Notes: generated from the sequence alone by a model not told the origin. Positions 13,101-27,283 are shown, counted from the stretch's first letter. The stretch is DNA of 64,000 nucleotides from Paragordius varius (GCA_964247055.1 OZ176058.1:4774001-4838000); one strand, 5' to 3'. Made by a program: numbers and translations.

Positions 13101-15660
13101 CCAAGGTTGATGGACTTAGTCATCAAGCTGACCTTAGAGCAAAACGAAAATTGTGACAAATAAATTATGAGTCTTAAAAGAGAAAAGTTTAGGTGTTTAA
13201 AATGCAGTAAAAATTTTATATAAAGACAAAATAGAAAAAGTAAATATTTGTTAACAGTTATCGATTGAAGGGTTAACCTACAAAAGTTATCTATCATATG
13301 ATTAAAAGCAAAAGAATTATCGAATGATCTGGAAAAATTTCCAAATTTAATTTTTAGCCAGGGTTGATACACTCAGTCATCAAGCAGATCTTAGAACAAA
13401 ACGAAAATTGTGATTGATAAATAAATTAAAATGAGTCTTAAAAGTAAAAAAATTGTTATATAACCTAGTAAATAATTAAGACAAAACAGAAGTAAGTTTG
13501 CGATATTGAGTATGAATGGGTTAACAAACAAAAGTTATCATATGGTTAAAATTAGCAAAAAGTTATCGAATGATCTCGAAAGATTTACTAAAAGTAAAGG
13601 CAGTGCGGTTGGTCAACTCCAATTTTTAGCCAGGGTTGATACACTTAGTCATCAAGCAGATCTTAGAACAAAACGAAAATTGTGATTGATAAATAAATAA
13701 ATCATATTAAGTCTTAAAAGTAAAAATTTATATTAAGACAAAACAGAAAAAGTAAAAAACAATTTAGAGTCAATCGTGAAGGGGTTAACACATAAAAGTT
13801 ATCATATGATTAAAAGCAAAGATTTATCGAATGATCTCGAAAGATTTACGAAAAGTAAGGGGAGTGCCGTTGGTCAACTTCAATTTTTAGCCAAGGTTGA
13901 TAGACTTAGCCATCAAGCTGACCTTAGAACAAAACGAAAATTGTGACAAATAAATAAATTAATTATATTTAGTTTTAAAAGAGAAAAGTTTAGACGTTTG
14001 AAATGCAGTAAAAACTTTATTTAAAGACAAAACAGAAAAAGTAATTTTCATTGAGAGTTATCAATTAAAGGGAGTAAAAAGTGGTTATCGAATGATTCAG
14101 AAAGATTTATCAAAAATATGGCTAACAAATAGCTAATGTTTATACATTTAGTCATCAAGCCGACCTTAAAACAAAACGAAAATTGTGACAAATAAATGAA
14201 TTATATTGAGTCTTAAGAGTAAAAAAATTGTTATATAATTTAGTAAAGCTTTATATGAAGACAAAACAGAAAAAGTAAGTTTGAAACGATATTGAGTCAA
14301 ATGAATGGGTTAACAAACAAAAGTTATCATATGGTTAAAATTAGCAAAAAGTTATCGAATGATCTCGAAAGATTTACTAAAATAAACGCAGTGCGGTTGG
14401 CTAACTTCAATTTTTAGCCAGAGTTGATACACTATGTCATCAAGCCGACCTTAGAGCAAAACGAAAATTGTGATAAATAATTTATTATATTAAGTTTTAA
14501 AAGAAAGTTTATGAAGCCCAGTAAAAATTATAAAAAGACAAAACAGAAAAAATAAGTATAAAACATATTGAGTCAATAGTGAAGGGGTTAACACATAAAA
14601 GTTATCATATGATTAAAGAGTTTTCGAATGATCTCGAAAGATTTACTAAAAGTAAGGGGAGTCCCGTCGGTCAACTTCAATTTTTGGCCAAGGTTGATAG
14701 ACTTAGTCATCAAGCAGATCTTAGAACAAAACGAAAATTGTGATAAATAAATTTATTATATTAAGTTTTAAAAGAAAGTTTATGAAGCCCAGTAAAAATT
14801 ATAAAAAGACAAAACAGAAAAAATGTTTTTCATTGAGAGTTAATTAAAGGGAGTAAAAATTAAGAGGTTATCGAATGATTCAGAAAGATTTATCAAAAAT
14901 ATGGCTAACAAATAGCTAGTTGATACTAGCCATCAAGCAGACCTTAGAACAAAACGAAAATTGTGACAAATAAATTAATTATATTAAGTTTTAAAAAAAG
15001 GTTTAGGCGTGATAAATGCAATAAAAATTTTATTTGAAGACAAAACAGAAAAAGTTTTTGAGCAACGCAATTTTGAGGGTTTTAACAAACAAAAGTTATC
15101 ATATGATTAAAAGTAGCAAATGGTTATCGAATGATCTGGAAAGATTTACTAAAATAAACGAAGTGCAATTGGCCAACTTCTTTTAGCAAATTGATCTACT
15201 TAGTCAGGAAACAGATTTTAATTAACCAAAATTGTGATTAATAAATAAATTAAAATCATAATGAGTCTTAAAAGAGAAAAGTTTAGGCGTTTAAAATGCA
15301 GTAAAAATTTTATATAAAGACAAAACAGATAAAGTAAATATTTAATAACAGTTATCGAGGGGTTAACATACGAAAATTATCATATGATTATAAGTAGCAA
15401 AAAGTTATCGAATGCTCTGGAAAATTTATTTATTAAAATAAACGCAGTGCAGTTGGCCAAATTTTATTTTTGTCAAGAGTTGATGCACTATAAAACATGA
15501 GGCCTTTGGAACAAAATGAAAATTGTAATATTAATTAATTTTATATATTCTTAAAAAATGCCAAACACACTAAAAGATCGTATAAAGACAAGGCAGAAAA
15601 AGGAACCTTATGTTTTTTGAATAAAAGAAAAGGATTAACCAACAGAGTTATCGAATGATC
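10120..15660 (+). repeat. Satellite of about 240-300 bp units derived from the last ~120 coding nt, stop codon and 3' flank of CFDP1
   Basis: tatcgaatgatctcgaaagatttactaaaagtaagggc...acaaaacgaaaattgtga recurs about 16 times (e.g. 10303, 12357, 12615, 12881, 13140, 13398, 13669, 13929, 14171, 14457, 14726, 14949), decaying distally. Confidence 0.95.
10915..12086 (+). pseudogene. Duplicate of CFDP1 intron 2 plus last exon, with a mutated acceptor
   Basis: 10915-11660 parallels 8750-9630, and ORF 11595-12086 repeats exon 3 with two in-frame insertions. The acceptor ttattag|ccaa has become ttattaccca, and the new CAG is out of phase with exon 2. Confidence 0.75.
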
Positions 15661-15953
15661 GGGATACAACCATACCTTTTAAATCTTTGTTTGTTCACAA
15701 AAAATCATCATTTTGGCATTATGAATTAAATTATATCAAAAGGTCTAATGATTGTAATTGTATTCAAATAGAGGTGATAAATTATATTGTTGTCTTGAAA
15801 AAAATTCTTTAATTTACACTTTGTCCGTATTAAAAATCTAGAAACACATTAATTTCAAATACCATTTATTATATTAATATAAATCATAGAAAACTATAAC
15901 TACATATAATTTTAACATTACATAAAAACTATGCATTATTCATTAAGTAAATC

Positions 15954-18900
15954 TTAATTCAATTTTGTGTTTGAATTCGGACTTTTTTTGCTCTTAAAAA
16001 CTTTTTGATTCATTCTTCTTCGCCCATTTTTGTGGGCAGGTTTGCCTTTATTTTTATTGTTTCTTCTTTTAGGTTTATTTGGTTTAAAATGTCCTTGATT
16101 TAGCATTTTATTTTTATGGCGTTGACGATTGTATGGATTAACCACTATGAAATGTCGATGTTTTTTACCTTTGCTTGATGTTTTATGCTTGGGATAAATA
16201 ATTGGTACAAAATCACTGTAATGAAAATAGTCGAAGGGATATTCCTCGTATGAAGCAAAGTTGGGGCCAGGCCTCTGAAATAACTCCTATTTTGTAATTA
16301 CAGTAAAAATTTACATTATGACAAAACGTAAAAATATAAAGGCACATGTTTTTTTTAAAGACAAATATACTTTTAAATCCTTAATTTTCTCATATAAACT
16401 ATTTAGTTACAATAATAAAATATAGAATTGATTGTATTAGTATTAATATCTCTATTTCACACTTTGCCATTTAAAACAATGAGTTATATTGAAATAAATC
16501 TAAATTTAAAAAGTATCGTTGTCTATAGAAAAAAATATATATTTTTACGTTTTGTCCATATAATTTCAATTTTTACTGAAAAACGAAAACATAAAGATAA
16601 AAGCTAAAAAGGCAAGTGAAATAACTCCTCTTTTGAACATTATATACTACTGTATATAAAGAAAAATTATTATAAGATAAAACCTGATTAAAATTATACG
16701 GACAATACGTAAAATAAAACGAAATACTATAAAGATAATAGGCAAAAAGGTAAGCTTATAATCATTTTACGAAGTAAAGTTGGGGCCAGTCCTCTGAAAT
16801 AACTCCTATTTTGTCAATAAAAATTGAAATTATACGGACGATAAGTAAAATATAAAGACACATGTTTTTTTGTAAATGACAACCCCATACTCTTTAAATC
16901 TTGATTTATTTCAATATAACTCATTATTTTAGTTCTATAGACATATATATTACTAACACAATTAATTTTTTATTTTACAATTGTAAGTAAATATATATGA
17001 GAAAAATATTTGTCAAAATTTATAAAAAGACAAAATTGGATTTAGTATAAAAATACAGTAAAAATTAAAATTATATAAAGATAAAACCTAATCCAAATTA
17101 TACCGACAATACGTCAAATAAAATGAAAATATTTTAAAGATAATAGGTAAAAAAGTAAGCTTATAATCATTTTACGAAGCAATGTTGTTGCAAGACCTCT
17201 GGAAATACCTATTTTGTCAGTAAAAACTGAAATTATACGGACAAAGACAGATGTTTTTTTGTAAAAGTCAACCCCATACTGTTTAAAACCTTAATTTATT
17301 TCAAACTAACTCATTCTTTAAAACTTTAAAGTATGATATAGAAATGTATATTGGTAACACATTCAATTATATACAACTAAATAGCTTATATGAGAAAAAT
17401 TATTTGTCAGTAAAAATTTATAGGAAGACAAAATTGAATTTAGTATAAAAATACGGTAAAAATTAAAATTATAAAAAGATAAAACCTAATCGAAATTACA
17501 CGGACAATACGTAAAAATATAAAGACAGATGTTTTTTTGTAAAAGACAACAACCATACTTTATAAATGTTGATTTATTTCAATATAACTCATTGTTTTAA
17601 ATGGCAAAGTTTAAAATAAAGATATATAACAATAACATAATTAATTCTTTATTTTACAATTGTAACTTAAAGGTAAAAAAGTAAGTTTATAATCATTTTA
17701 CGGAGCAATGTTGGGGCCAGACCTCTGAAATAACTCCTATTTTGTTAGTAAAAACTGAAATTATACGGACAAAACGTGAAAATCCAAAGACAAATTTTTT
17801 TTTCTAAACGACAACCATACTTTTTAAATCTTGATTTTTTTATAAAACTCACTATTTTAAGTCTGAAATAGAGATATATTACTAACACAATCAATTCTTT
17901 ATTTTACAATAACTAAATAGCTCATACGATTATAATTATTTGCCAGTAAAAATTATATAAAGACAAAATTTAATTTAGAATAAAAATACAGTAAACTTAA
18001 AATTATACGTAAACGATAAAACTTAATCAAAATTATACGGGCAAAACGTAAAATAAAACGAAAATATTATTAAGATTAAAGGTAAAAAAGTAAGCTTATA
18101 ATCATTTTACGAAGCAATGTTGTTGCAAGACCTCTGAAATACCTATTTTGTCAGTATTTTAAATTATACGGACAAAACGTCAAAATATAAAGGCACATGT
18201 TTTTTTGTAAATGACAACCCCATACTTTTTAAAACCTTAATTTATTTCAATAAAACTCAATGTTAATAGCAAAGTCTGAAATAGAGATATATATTTCTAA
18301 CACAATCAATTCTTTATTTTGCAATGGTAATTATATTAAGGAATTATTTGTCAGTAAAAATTATATAAAGACAAAATTTAATATAGAATAAAAATACAGT
18401 AAACTTAAAATTATACGTAAAAGATAAAACTTTAAAAATACGGACAAAACGTAAAATAAAACGAAAATATTATTAAGATTAAAGGTAAAAAAGTAAGTTT
18501 ATAATCATTTTACGGAGCAATGTTGGGGCCAGGCCTCTGAAATAACTCCTATTTTGTTAATAAAAATTGAAATTATACGGACAAAACGTGAAAATCCAAA
18601 GACAATTTTTTTTCTAAACGACAACCATACTTTTTAAATCTTAATTTTTTTTAAAACTCATTATTTTAAGTCTGAAATAGAGATATATTACTAACACAAT
18701 CAATTCTTTATTTTACAATAACTAAATAGCTTATACGATTATAATTATTTGTCAGTAAAAATTTAAATATATAAAGAAAAAATTGGATTCAGTATAAAGA
18801 TACGTGAAAATTAAAATTTAGCTTAAAGAAAAAAACTTATTAAAATTATACGGACAATATGTAAAATAAAACGAAAATATTATGAAGATTAAAGGTAAAA

Positions 18901-21019
18901 AAGTAAATTTTAAATCATTGTACGAAGCAAAGTTGTTGCCAGGCCTTTAAAATAACTCGTGTTTCGTACAATATCTAAGTAATTATCAAAATTATATAAA
19001 GAAAAAATTGAATTTAGTATAAAGAGACAGTAAAAATTATAATTAAACGTAAAAGCATTTTGAAAGTCAATCATACTTGTTTTAAACAATATTAAATCTT
19101 ACGAGTTATATAGTACAACAAAAATTAAATTTAGCATAATGATTAAACATAAAAACTAAGCCGACCATATTTTTTGAAACATATGTTTTTAATTATTGTT
19201 ACAAGTATTATCGATTTAACAATCAATTATATATTTTAAAATGGTAATTTAATATAGTTATTAGGAATCATAAGCTTTGATAATTGACTTTGTATTTTTT
19301 AGCTTTTTCTTATATCAAACTATATATTTACAATAAATACTATATTAATTTGTTTTAAGATTAAAAGGAAAAAGACAAACTTTTCCAAAAGAAGCCAAAG
19401 CCATGCCATTTAAACATTATGTTTTAATAAAATACTTTGTTTTGTTTTGGTATGTCAAATGGGTTGTAAAATAAAAGTTATTATATTCAAAATTGTAATG
19501 ATATAGTTTATGTAAGAAATATCAAGTTTTTTGTACTGTCTGAAAAAAATGTGTTTTACAGTCATGTATCTTTTATTTATTAAAAATTTATTTGCTCCGT
19601 TAAATGGGTACAAATTTTTGTTAAAGAATGGAAAAAACAAGAGCATTATAGTATTAACAATATCATAATAGTATAAAAATTACCATAGGCTCTTGTTTTT
19701 TCCATTCTTTAACAAATATTTATATCCATTAAACAAAAAAATATATTTTTCATAAAATAAAGGATACTTGACTGTAAATTAAAATTTTATCTGTATAATT
19801 TCATTGTTTACCGTAAAAAACGTAAAAACAGATTATATATATATGAATTTAGCTTCTCCTTTCATAAATTATACAATTTTCAACGCAAAACGATGAGTTA
19901 TATATAATAAAACGTGAAAATTACTAATATTTTTATTAAACAGCCATACTTGCTTGATTTATATTACCGAAAGGATTACAATTATAAAATATATAATAAC
20001 AAAAAGTGTATAATTATTATATAGAAAGGTTAGGTTCGAAAAAGTATGCTTGTCTTTTAAAAAATTGTATTTTAATAAAATGATTATTCGTCCTCTAGTT
20101 TTACGTTTTGACTATGCATTGAAAATTGAAATTATACGAATTAAGCGTTAAAGGTAGGCATCTTTACCTAAAAGACAACCATATTTTTAAAAAATTGACT
20201 TATTTTAATATAACTCAACATTTTTGGTGGAAAAATAAAATATATATAATGATATAATTTTAAAGATGCTCATTTGAATTTCGAAATTGTAATCATATAG
20301 TTTATGTAAAAAATTGGAAGGTTAAAAAATATATGGTTGTCTTTTAAATAAATATTTGTCTTTATATTTTTACCTCTGTCCGTATATTATCAATTTTTAC
20401 TGTACCTATGTTATCTCTATTCTATATCTCGAGTAATATAAATTAAGGTTTAAAATAGGTTGCAAAAAAACTTTTTTTTCGTATAATTTTAATTATTTTA
20501 TAGTATAAATATTTTACAGTCATGTATCCTTTATTTTATCAAAAATTTATTTGTTTTTTCGTTAAATGGGTGGATATTAATATTTGGTAAAGAATGGAAA
20601 AAACAAGAGCTCTATGGTAATTTTTCTACTTTTTTAATGAATATGATATTGTTGTTAATACCATAAAGCTTTTGTTTTTTCCATTCTTTACCAAAAATTT
20701 GAACCCCATTTAACGAAAAAAAATAAATTTTTGATAAAACAAAAAGGATACATGACTGTATTAATTTTACTGTATTTTCGGCGTTTATTCCCCCTTGTTC
20801 GGGGTAAAAAGAATTATCATCATAAACATCAAATTGGTCAAATGTTTGAGGATTTCGTGCTGAATTTCTCCATTTTTTCCTCAATAAATTTGAATTAATT
20901 TTTTTTCCCAAAGATGATTGGCTTTTCACAATTCCATGATTTTTAATCGAAATCATTGTTGTAAAAATAATGTGCAGGATGATAAATATAGATTTACATG
21001 TCTTTAATACAGTAGTCAT
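15954..21019 (-). CDS. Putative secreted, highly basic orphan protein, 193 aa, 2 exons
   Basis: Exon 21019-20771 (83 codons, hydrophobic N-terminus IFIILHIIFTTMI, RKKWR, ends ACA|gtaaaa) joins in phase 0 to exon 16286-15954 (aaaatag|ELFQRPGP...TKLN*, open for 110 aa). No family was recognised and intermediate exons cannot be excluded. Confidence 0.6.
16290..19000 (-). repeat. Array of the orphan gene's exon 2 acceptor plus first ~35 exon nt, interleaved with MITE arms
   Basis: gttggggccag.cctctgaaataactcctattttgt recurs at about 16780, 17190, 17710, 18120, 18520 and 18930; a further dispersed copy is at about 22285. Confidence 0.9.
19559..19774. mobile_element. MITE with CAGTCATGT termini and TA flanks (same ends as the transposon at 27284)
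   Basis: TA|CAGTCATGTATC...GGATACTTGACTG|TA, with long internal inverted arms. Confidence 0.85.
20517..20758. mobile_element. MITE with CAGTCATGT termini and TA TSD; decayed paralog at about 24249-24480
   Basis: TA|CAGTCATGTATCC...GGATACATGACTG|TA; inserted 12 nt downstream of the orphan gene's first donor. Confidence 0.9.
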
Positions 21020-24000
21020 GGTTGATTTTATAACATATATTTAAATAGTTATTAAATATAACCAACAATCATAGTTATATAAATGATTAACATAATATCT
21101 AAAAATTCTTTATTAAAAATTTAAGTGTAGTAAAATTATATAAATACAAAAAGTGTCAAAAGGTAAAAGATAACTTTTTTAGCCATATTTTATTGAACCT
21201 TTTTAATTTCTAGCATAAATTTTTTTAAGTTGCAAAATATACCAATTTTTCCAAAATTTTCAACATAAAAAATCAAGGAATATTGAATAAGATTTTCTCA
21301 AAAAATATATTTGCTTGTGGTTTTTACATTAAAATTTAAAATTATACGGACAAAACCTAAAAATAAAAGTTAAATATTTTTTTTTAAAAGACAACCAACT
21401 TTTTCAAACTACAGTTTTATAAACATAAATCATTGTTTTATATTGTAAGTATAAAATTGATAAGTATATTGGTGAGACAATCAATTATATATTTTATAAT
21501 TGAAATTATATAATATTTATAAGAAAAATTAAGGTTTAATAAAAGTATGGTTGTTATTTAGAAAAAGTTTGTCTTTATATTTTTACGTTTTGGCTTTTCG
21601 TAAAATTTCAATTTTTACTGTAATGCCACGCAAAGGATTAAAACTAAAAAAGCTAACGAGAAAATGCACAATAGCTTTCCTTAAAACGCTCTGCTGTGTA
21701 AATAACCGTTTCAATTTTTAATTTTAATTTGTTCAACCAAGTAAAATTTAACTGTTTTAATGTGTTGACTTTCTAATTTCATTTATTGTAACTTAACAGC
21801 TCATATAATTTAAGTTTATGTAGAATCGAAAACATTATAAAAAACAAAATCGTCTGCCTTTATTTAATATAAGATAAACCAAATTAGTTTCAACTTTCTA
21901 TGATCTGTCTTTATAATTTAAAATATAGTAAAAAATGAAATTCGGACAAAAAGTAAAAAATAAAGGCAAATATAGACAACCATAGTTCTAGATTTATATC
22001 GATATAACTCATTGTTTTAAAGGGCAATGTGTGAGAGATATATTACAAACACAATTAATTTATTTTACAATAGTAACTAAATAGCATATATGAGAATTTT
22101 TTTTAAAAAGTATGGTTGTCTTTTAAATAAAAATATTTGTCTTTATATTTTTACGTTTTATCCGTATAATTTTCATTTTTACTGTAACAGAAAAAATTTA
22201 AACATACAATACGTAAATTAAAACGAAAATATTATAAAGATAATAGGTGAAAAAGAAAACTTAAAATCATCACACGAAACAATGTTGTTGCCAGGCCTCT
22301 GAAATAACTCTTGTTTTGTATATAATTATATATTGCAGTAAAAATTGAAATTATATAAAGACAAAATTGGATTTAGTATAAATACAGTAAAAATTAAATT
22401 TAAACGAAAAAATATTTTTGAAATTACACTATAGTTTTTGTAAACCATATTAATTTTACGAGTTGTAAAATGAGATATAGTACAGGAAAAATTAAATTGA
22501 GTATAAAGATACAGTAAAAACTGAAATTATACGGTTAAAATATACGGACAAATATTTCAAGACAACCATACTTTTAAACCTTAATTTTTCTATAATATAA
22601 TTACTATAAAATATATAATTGATGTGTCACCAATATACATCTCAATATTATACTTTAATTTAAAACGATGAGTTATATTTTTAGAACAAAGTTTAAAAAA
22701 GTAGGGTTGCGAAAAAAACATTTGTCTTTATATTTTTAGGTTTGTCCCTATAATTTCAATTTTTACTGTAAAACATAAAAATTAAGTCAATCATAGATTT
22801 GAAAACATATGTTTTAAATTCGTGTTGCAAAACAAGTAATATAGATGATAATTTTGGAACATCCTCAATATATACCAGTATTGTTTTGGACTATAAAGTA
22901 TAATATAAAAATGTAAATTGATAACACCTTTAATTATGTATTATGCGATTGTACAATGTTTTTTATAGGATCAATTAAGGTTTAAAAAAATATGGTTGTT
23001 TTTTCTTTAGAAAAAAATTTTGTCTCTATATTTTTACATTAAATCCGTATAATAATTATTGTATATTTTAAAATTGATACTAATCATAAAACTTAAATAG
23101 GTTATAGACGGGTAGGTTAGTAAAAAAGTTCATATATACTTAAAATTGTGACAATGCTTATGTAAAAATATTAAGTTTTATCAATGTCTTTTGACAAATA
23201 AAATTGTTTTTTGATTTTAAAAATTTTGTCTGTATAATTTCATTTTTCCCTGTTAAAACGTAAAAACAAATTAATTCAATACGCAACTATATAAATTTAG
23301 ATTTTTCTTCCATAAACTATATAACACGATTTTTATAGAAAATAGGAGGTAAAGAGGTGTCATCTTTCCAAAAAATTTGTCTATAAGTTTTAAAATATTT
23401 TGACTTTAAAAACGTATAAATTACATATATACTTAAATGAAACAGTTAAGCTTCCTTGATTTATATATAACCGAACGGATTAAATTGATAAAATATATAA
23501 TTGGAAGTAAATTACGCCTTGTATTATAAAAGGCTAGGTTTCAAAAAGTATGGTTGTTTAGAAAAAAATTTGTCCGTTGGTTTTTATATTTGTCTGTATA
23601 ATTTTAATTTGTACTGTACTGATATTTTTTAATAAAACCACCTATTTCTTATGTAACCTAAAATATTGCTATCATGAAATTTATAATAGCTTGATTTAAA
23701 CCTATTTTGCGACAAGGTAGCCAGGTTACATAAAGAGATTAGGATATTAGAAAGTATGATAATTGATATTATACAAACAAAACGTAAAAATAAAAAGACA
23801 AATTTTTAAAAGACAACCATACTTTTTAAATCTTGATTTTTTTAAATATGGCTCATTATTAATATGTAATGTATCAAAAACATATGGAAATAGGAAACTC
23901 CATCAATTTTATATTTTACAGTAATAGGTACATATTATTAGTATTAAAGTTTTAAAAAAATATGGTTGTCTTTTTAAAAAAAATATTTGTCCATGTTTTA

Positions 24001-24490
24001 CGCTTTGTCCGTAAATTTTTATGTTTACTCTATGTCTGTCCTTTTAGTAAAAAGAAATTCGTCCGTTAGTTATTTTGACTCTACTATATAAATTTGATTT
24101 TTTTTGTAAAAACAGTCATATTTTTCAGTTTTATATACCTGGGTGATCTCTATTTTATATATCAAATATAAATTAAGGTTTTTAAAAATATATGTTGCAA
24201 AAAAATTTTTGTTAGTAAAACTTTAATTTTTACTGTATAAATATTTTACTGTCATGTATCCTTTATTTTATTTGAAATATATTTTTTTTCGTTAAATTTG
24301 TATAAATGGTAAAGAATGGAAAAAAAACAAGAGCCATATAGTAATTTTTCTACTTTTTTGATGAATATGATATTGTTATACCATAAAGCTATTGTTTTTG
24401 GCCATTCTTTACCAAATATTTATACCCACCCATTTAACGAAAAATAAATATTTTTGATATACATAAAAAGGATATATTGTATTCATTTAC

Positions 24491-24745
24491 TGTATTTTCG
24501 GCGTTTATTGGTTAACCTCTTTGTTCGGGGTAAAAAGAATTATCATAAACATCAAATTGGTCAAATGTTTGAGGAATTCGCGCTGAATTTCTCCATTTTT
24601 TTCGTCGCAATAAATTTGAATTAATTTTATTTCCCAAAGCTGATTGGCTTTTCACAATTCCATGATTTTTAATCGAAATCATTGTTGTAATAGTAATGTG
24701 CAAAATTATAAATATAGATTTACATGTCTTTAATACAGTAGTCAT
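24491..24745 (-). pseudogene. Upstream duplicate of the orphan gene's first exon, within a ~700 bp direct duplication (20430-21100 versus 24150-24830)
   Basis: Near-identical peptide (MTTVLKTCKSIFIILH...) with an in-frame TAA at 24512-24514 before the conserved ACA|gtaaa donor. Confidence 0.75.
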
Positions 24746-27283
24746 GGTTGATTTTATAACATATTTAAGTAGTTAGTAAATATAACCAACAATCAATATT
24801 ATTTAAATGATTAACATAGTAACTTAATATTTTTAAATTGGTAAAATTAGTATGTAGTATAATTTATGTAAAGAATAAAAACTAAAAAATAATACAGTAA
24901 AATTTAATACGGACAAAACCTAAAAATATAAAGAAAATATTTTTTAAAAAGACAACCATACTTTTTAAATCTTGATTATTTTCGATATAAATGGTAATTT
25001 TAAATTAAAAGGTATTAAATACGGTTGTAAATAGGAAACCCCATAAATTTTATATTTTGTAGTTTAAAACAATGAGGTATATTGAAATAAAATAAAATTT
25101 TAAAATGGGGTTGTCTTTTAGAAAAAAAATTTGTCTTTATATTTTTACGTTTTGTCCGTATAATTTCAGTTTTTACTGTAAGTTAAAACTCTCAATTGGA
25201 AATTAAAGTGCAGTATAATTTATGCAAAGAATAAAAGTTAAAAAATAATACAGTAAAATTCGAAATTATACTATGGACAAAACGTAAAAATATAAAAACT
25301 CTTAAAGACAACATCCCTTTTTTAAACTTCATTTTTAAAAATATAAATTATTGTTTTAAATTGTAAAGTATAAAATTGATATGTATATTGGACACAATCA
25401 ATTATATATATTTTTATAATTGTAATTATATAATAAATATGAGAAAAATTAAGGTTTATATTGTCTTTTAGAAAAAAATATTTGTCCGTATATTTTTACT
25501 TTTTGTCCGTATAATTTCAATTTTTGCTGTATATTTCTCCATATTGAATTTTGATATTATTAACGCAAACCCATCGTTTTGAGTCACGAAATTAATATAA
25601 AATATAACCTTAAAATTTAAAAAACTAATATTTTTAAGAATACCATTAATATGGTTGTCATTTTTAGATATTGTTTTATCTGCTGATTCTTATATTTTTA
25701 AAGCATGTTGATTTAAAGGTGGTCCGTACCAATTTATTAAAATTAAAATTTACAGACAAAACTTAAATCATAAAGAAAAAGGAAAATAAAAATTGAAATT
25801 ATACGGACAAAATGTAAAAATATAAAGACAAATATTTTTTTGTAAAGACAACTATACTTTTAAAATCTTAATTATTTTATATAAAACTCATTGTTTTGAA
25901 CTGTAATTATGAAATAAAGATGTTAATTTGTAAAACAATCAATTATTAAATTTACAATTGAAATTAAACAATTATTATAGGATATTCAAGGTTTTAATAA
26001 GTAGATTGTTTTTGGAAAAGAATGTCTTTATATTTTTACGTTTTGTCCGTATAATTTCAATTTTTATTGTATGTTTCAAAACACAGCCGTACTTTTTTGC
26101 GCCTTAATTTTTTCTATATATTAATTAGTAAAAATTGTATAATTGATTGTTTGCATTTTAAAACAATGAGTTATATTTTAATAAAAATTTCAAAACGGCA
26201 GCCTTTAAAAAAATATTATCGTATGGTTTTGCGTTTTGAGTACATAATTTAAATTTTATACTATTTATATTTTATTAAAACAGCCATATTTTTTAGATAT
26301 TTTTTATAATGTGCTTATCGTTTGTCACGAAATATAAGGAATATTAAATTTATACAGAGAAATAAAAACTTAAACATAAAGAACATACAGTAGTAACTAA
26401 AATTATACGGACAAAAAGCAAAAATATACGGACAAATATTTTTTTAAAAATCATACTTATATAAACACTTTAATTTTATAAATTATATGATTACAATTAT
26501 AATATATAATTTATTGTGTCACCAATATACATATCAATTTAATACTTTACAATTAAAACCCAACAGTTCATATTTTTAAAAATAAAGTTAAAAAGTATGG
26601 GGTTGTCTTTTGGAAAAAAAATATTTGTCTTTATATTTTTAGGTTTTGTCCGTATAATATCAAAATTCACTGTACTTTTAATATGTTATTATGTCCAAAA
26701 ATATAATCTTTTACTTATTAATATTTTGTTTTTATAATATATTGTCCATTATTTTTGTTTCGTTGTATGGGCTCAGGATATAATTGCTAATTACCGCTTT
26801 ATCGATTGTGTGGGTATTTTACAGTAAAAATTGAAATTATAAGGAAACACAAAACGTAAAAATATAAAGACAAATATTTTTTTTATAAAACACAACCATT
26901 CTTTTTGTATCTTGATTAATTTAAATTTAACTCATTGTTTTAAACTGCAAAATATAATATAGACCTAATAATTGATAACAGAATCAATTAGGAATGTTTT
27001 TTTACGATTGTAATTTAATAATTATTTTTATAGGATAAATTAAGGCAGTTTAAAAAAGTATGGTGGTTGTCTTTGGAAAAAAAATTGTCTTTGTATTTTT
27101 ACGTTTTGTCCATCGTGTAAATTCAATTTTTACTGTAATAAAGCATAAGAAGTGTTTGTAAAAGTCGGACTTTACACCTAAAATTTCACAAAATCATAAC
27201 GAAAATATAAATATACAGCAAAGTTTCCATATATATTTTTTTTCAAAAAACAACCTTATGTAATATTTTCCAAATATCAATTA

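Noticed and set aside
13097-13372. Short ORFs inside satellites (also 34585-34773 and 35143-35328)
   Set aside because: Chance frames of exon-derived repeat units with no start or acceptor context.
10120-15660. Repeat arrays as CRISPR-like (also 33990-36810 and 52004-53800)
   Set aside because: Eukaryotic context, long degenerate units, related rather than unique spacers, no cas genes; the units derive from host exons.
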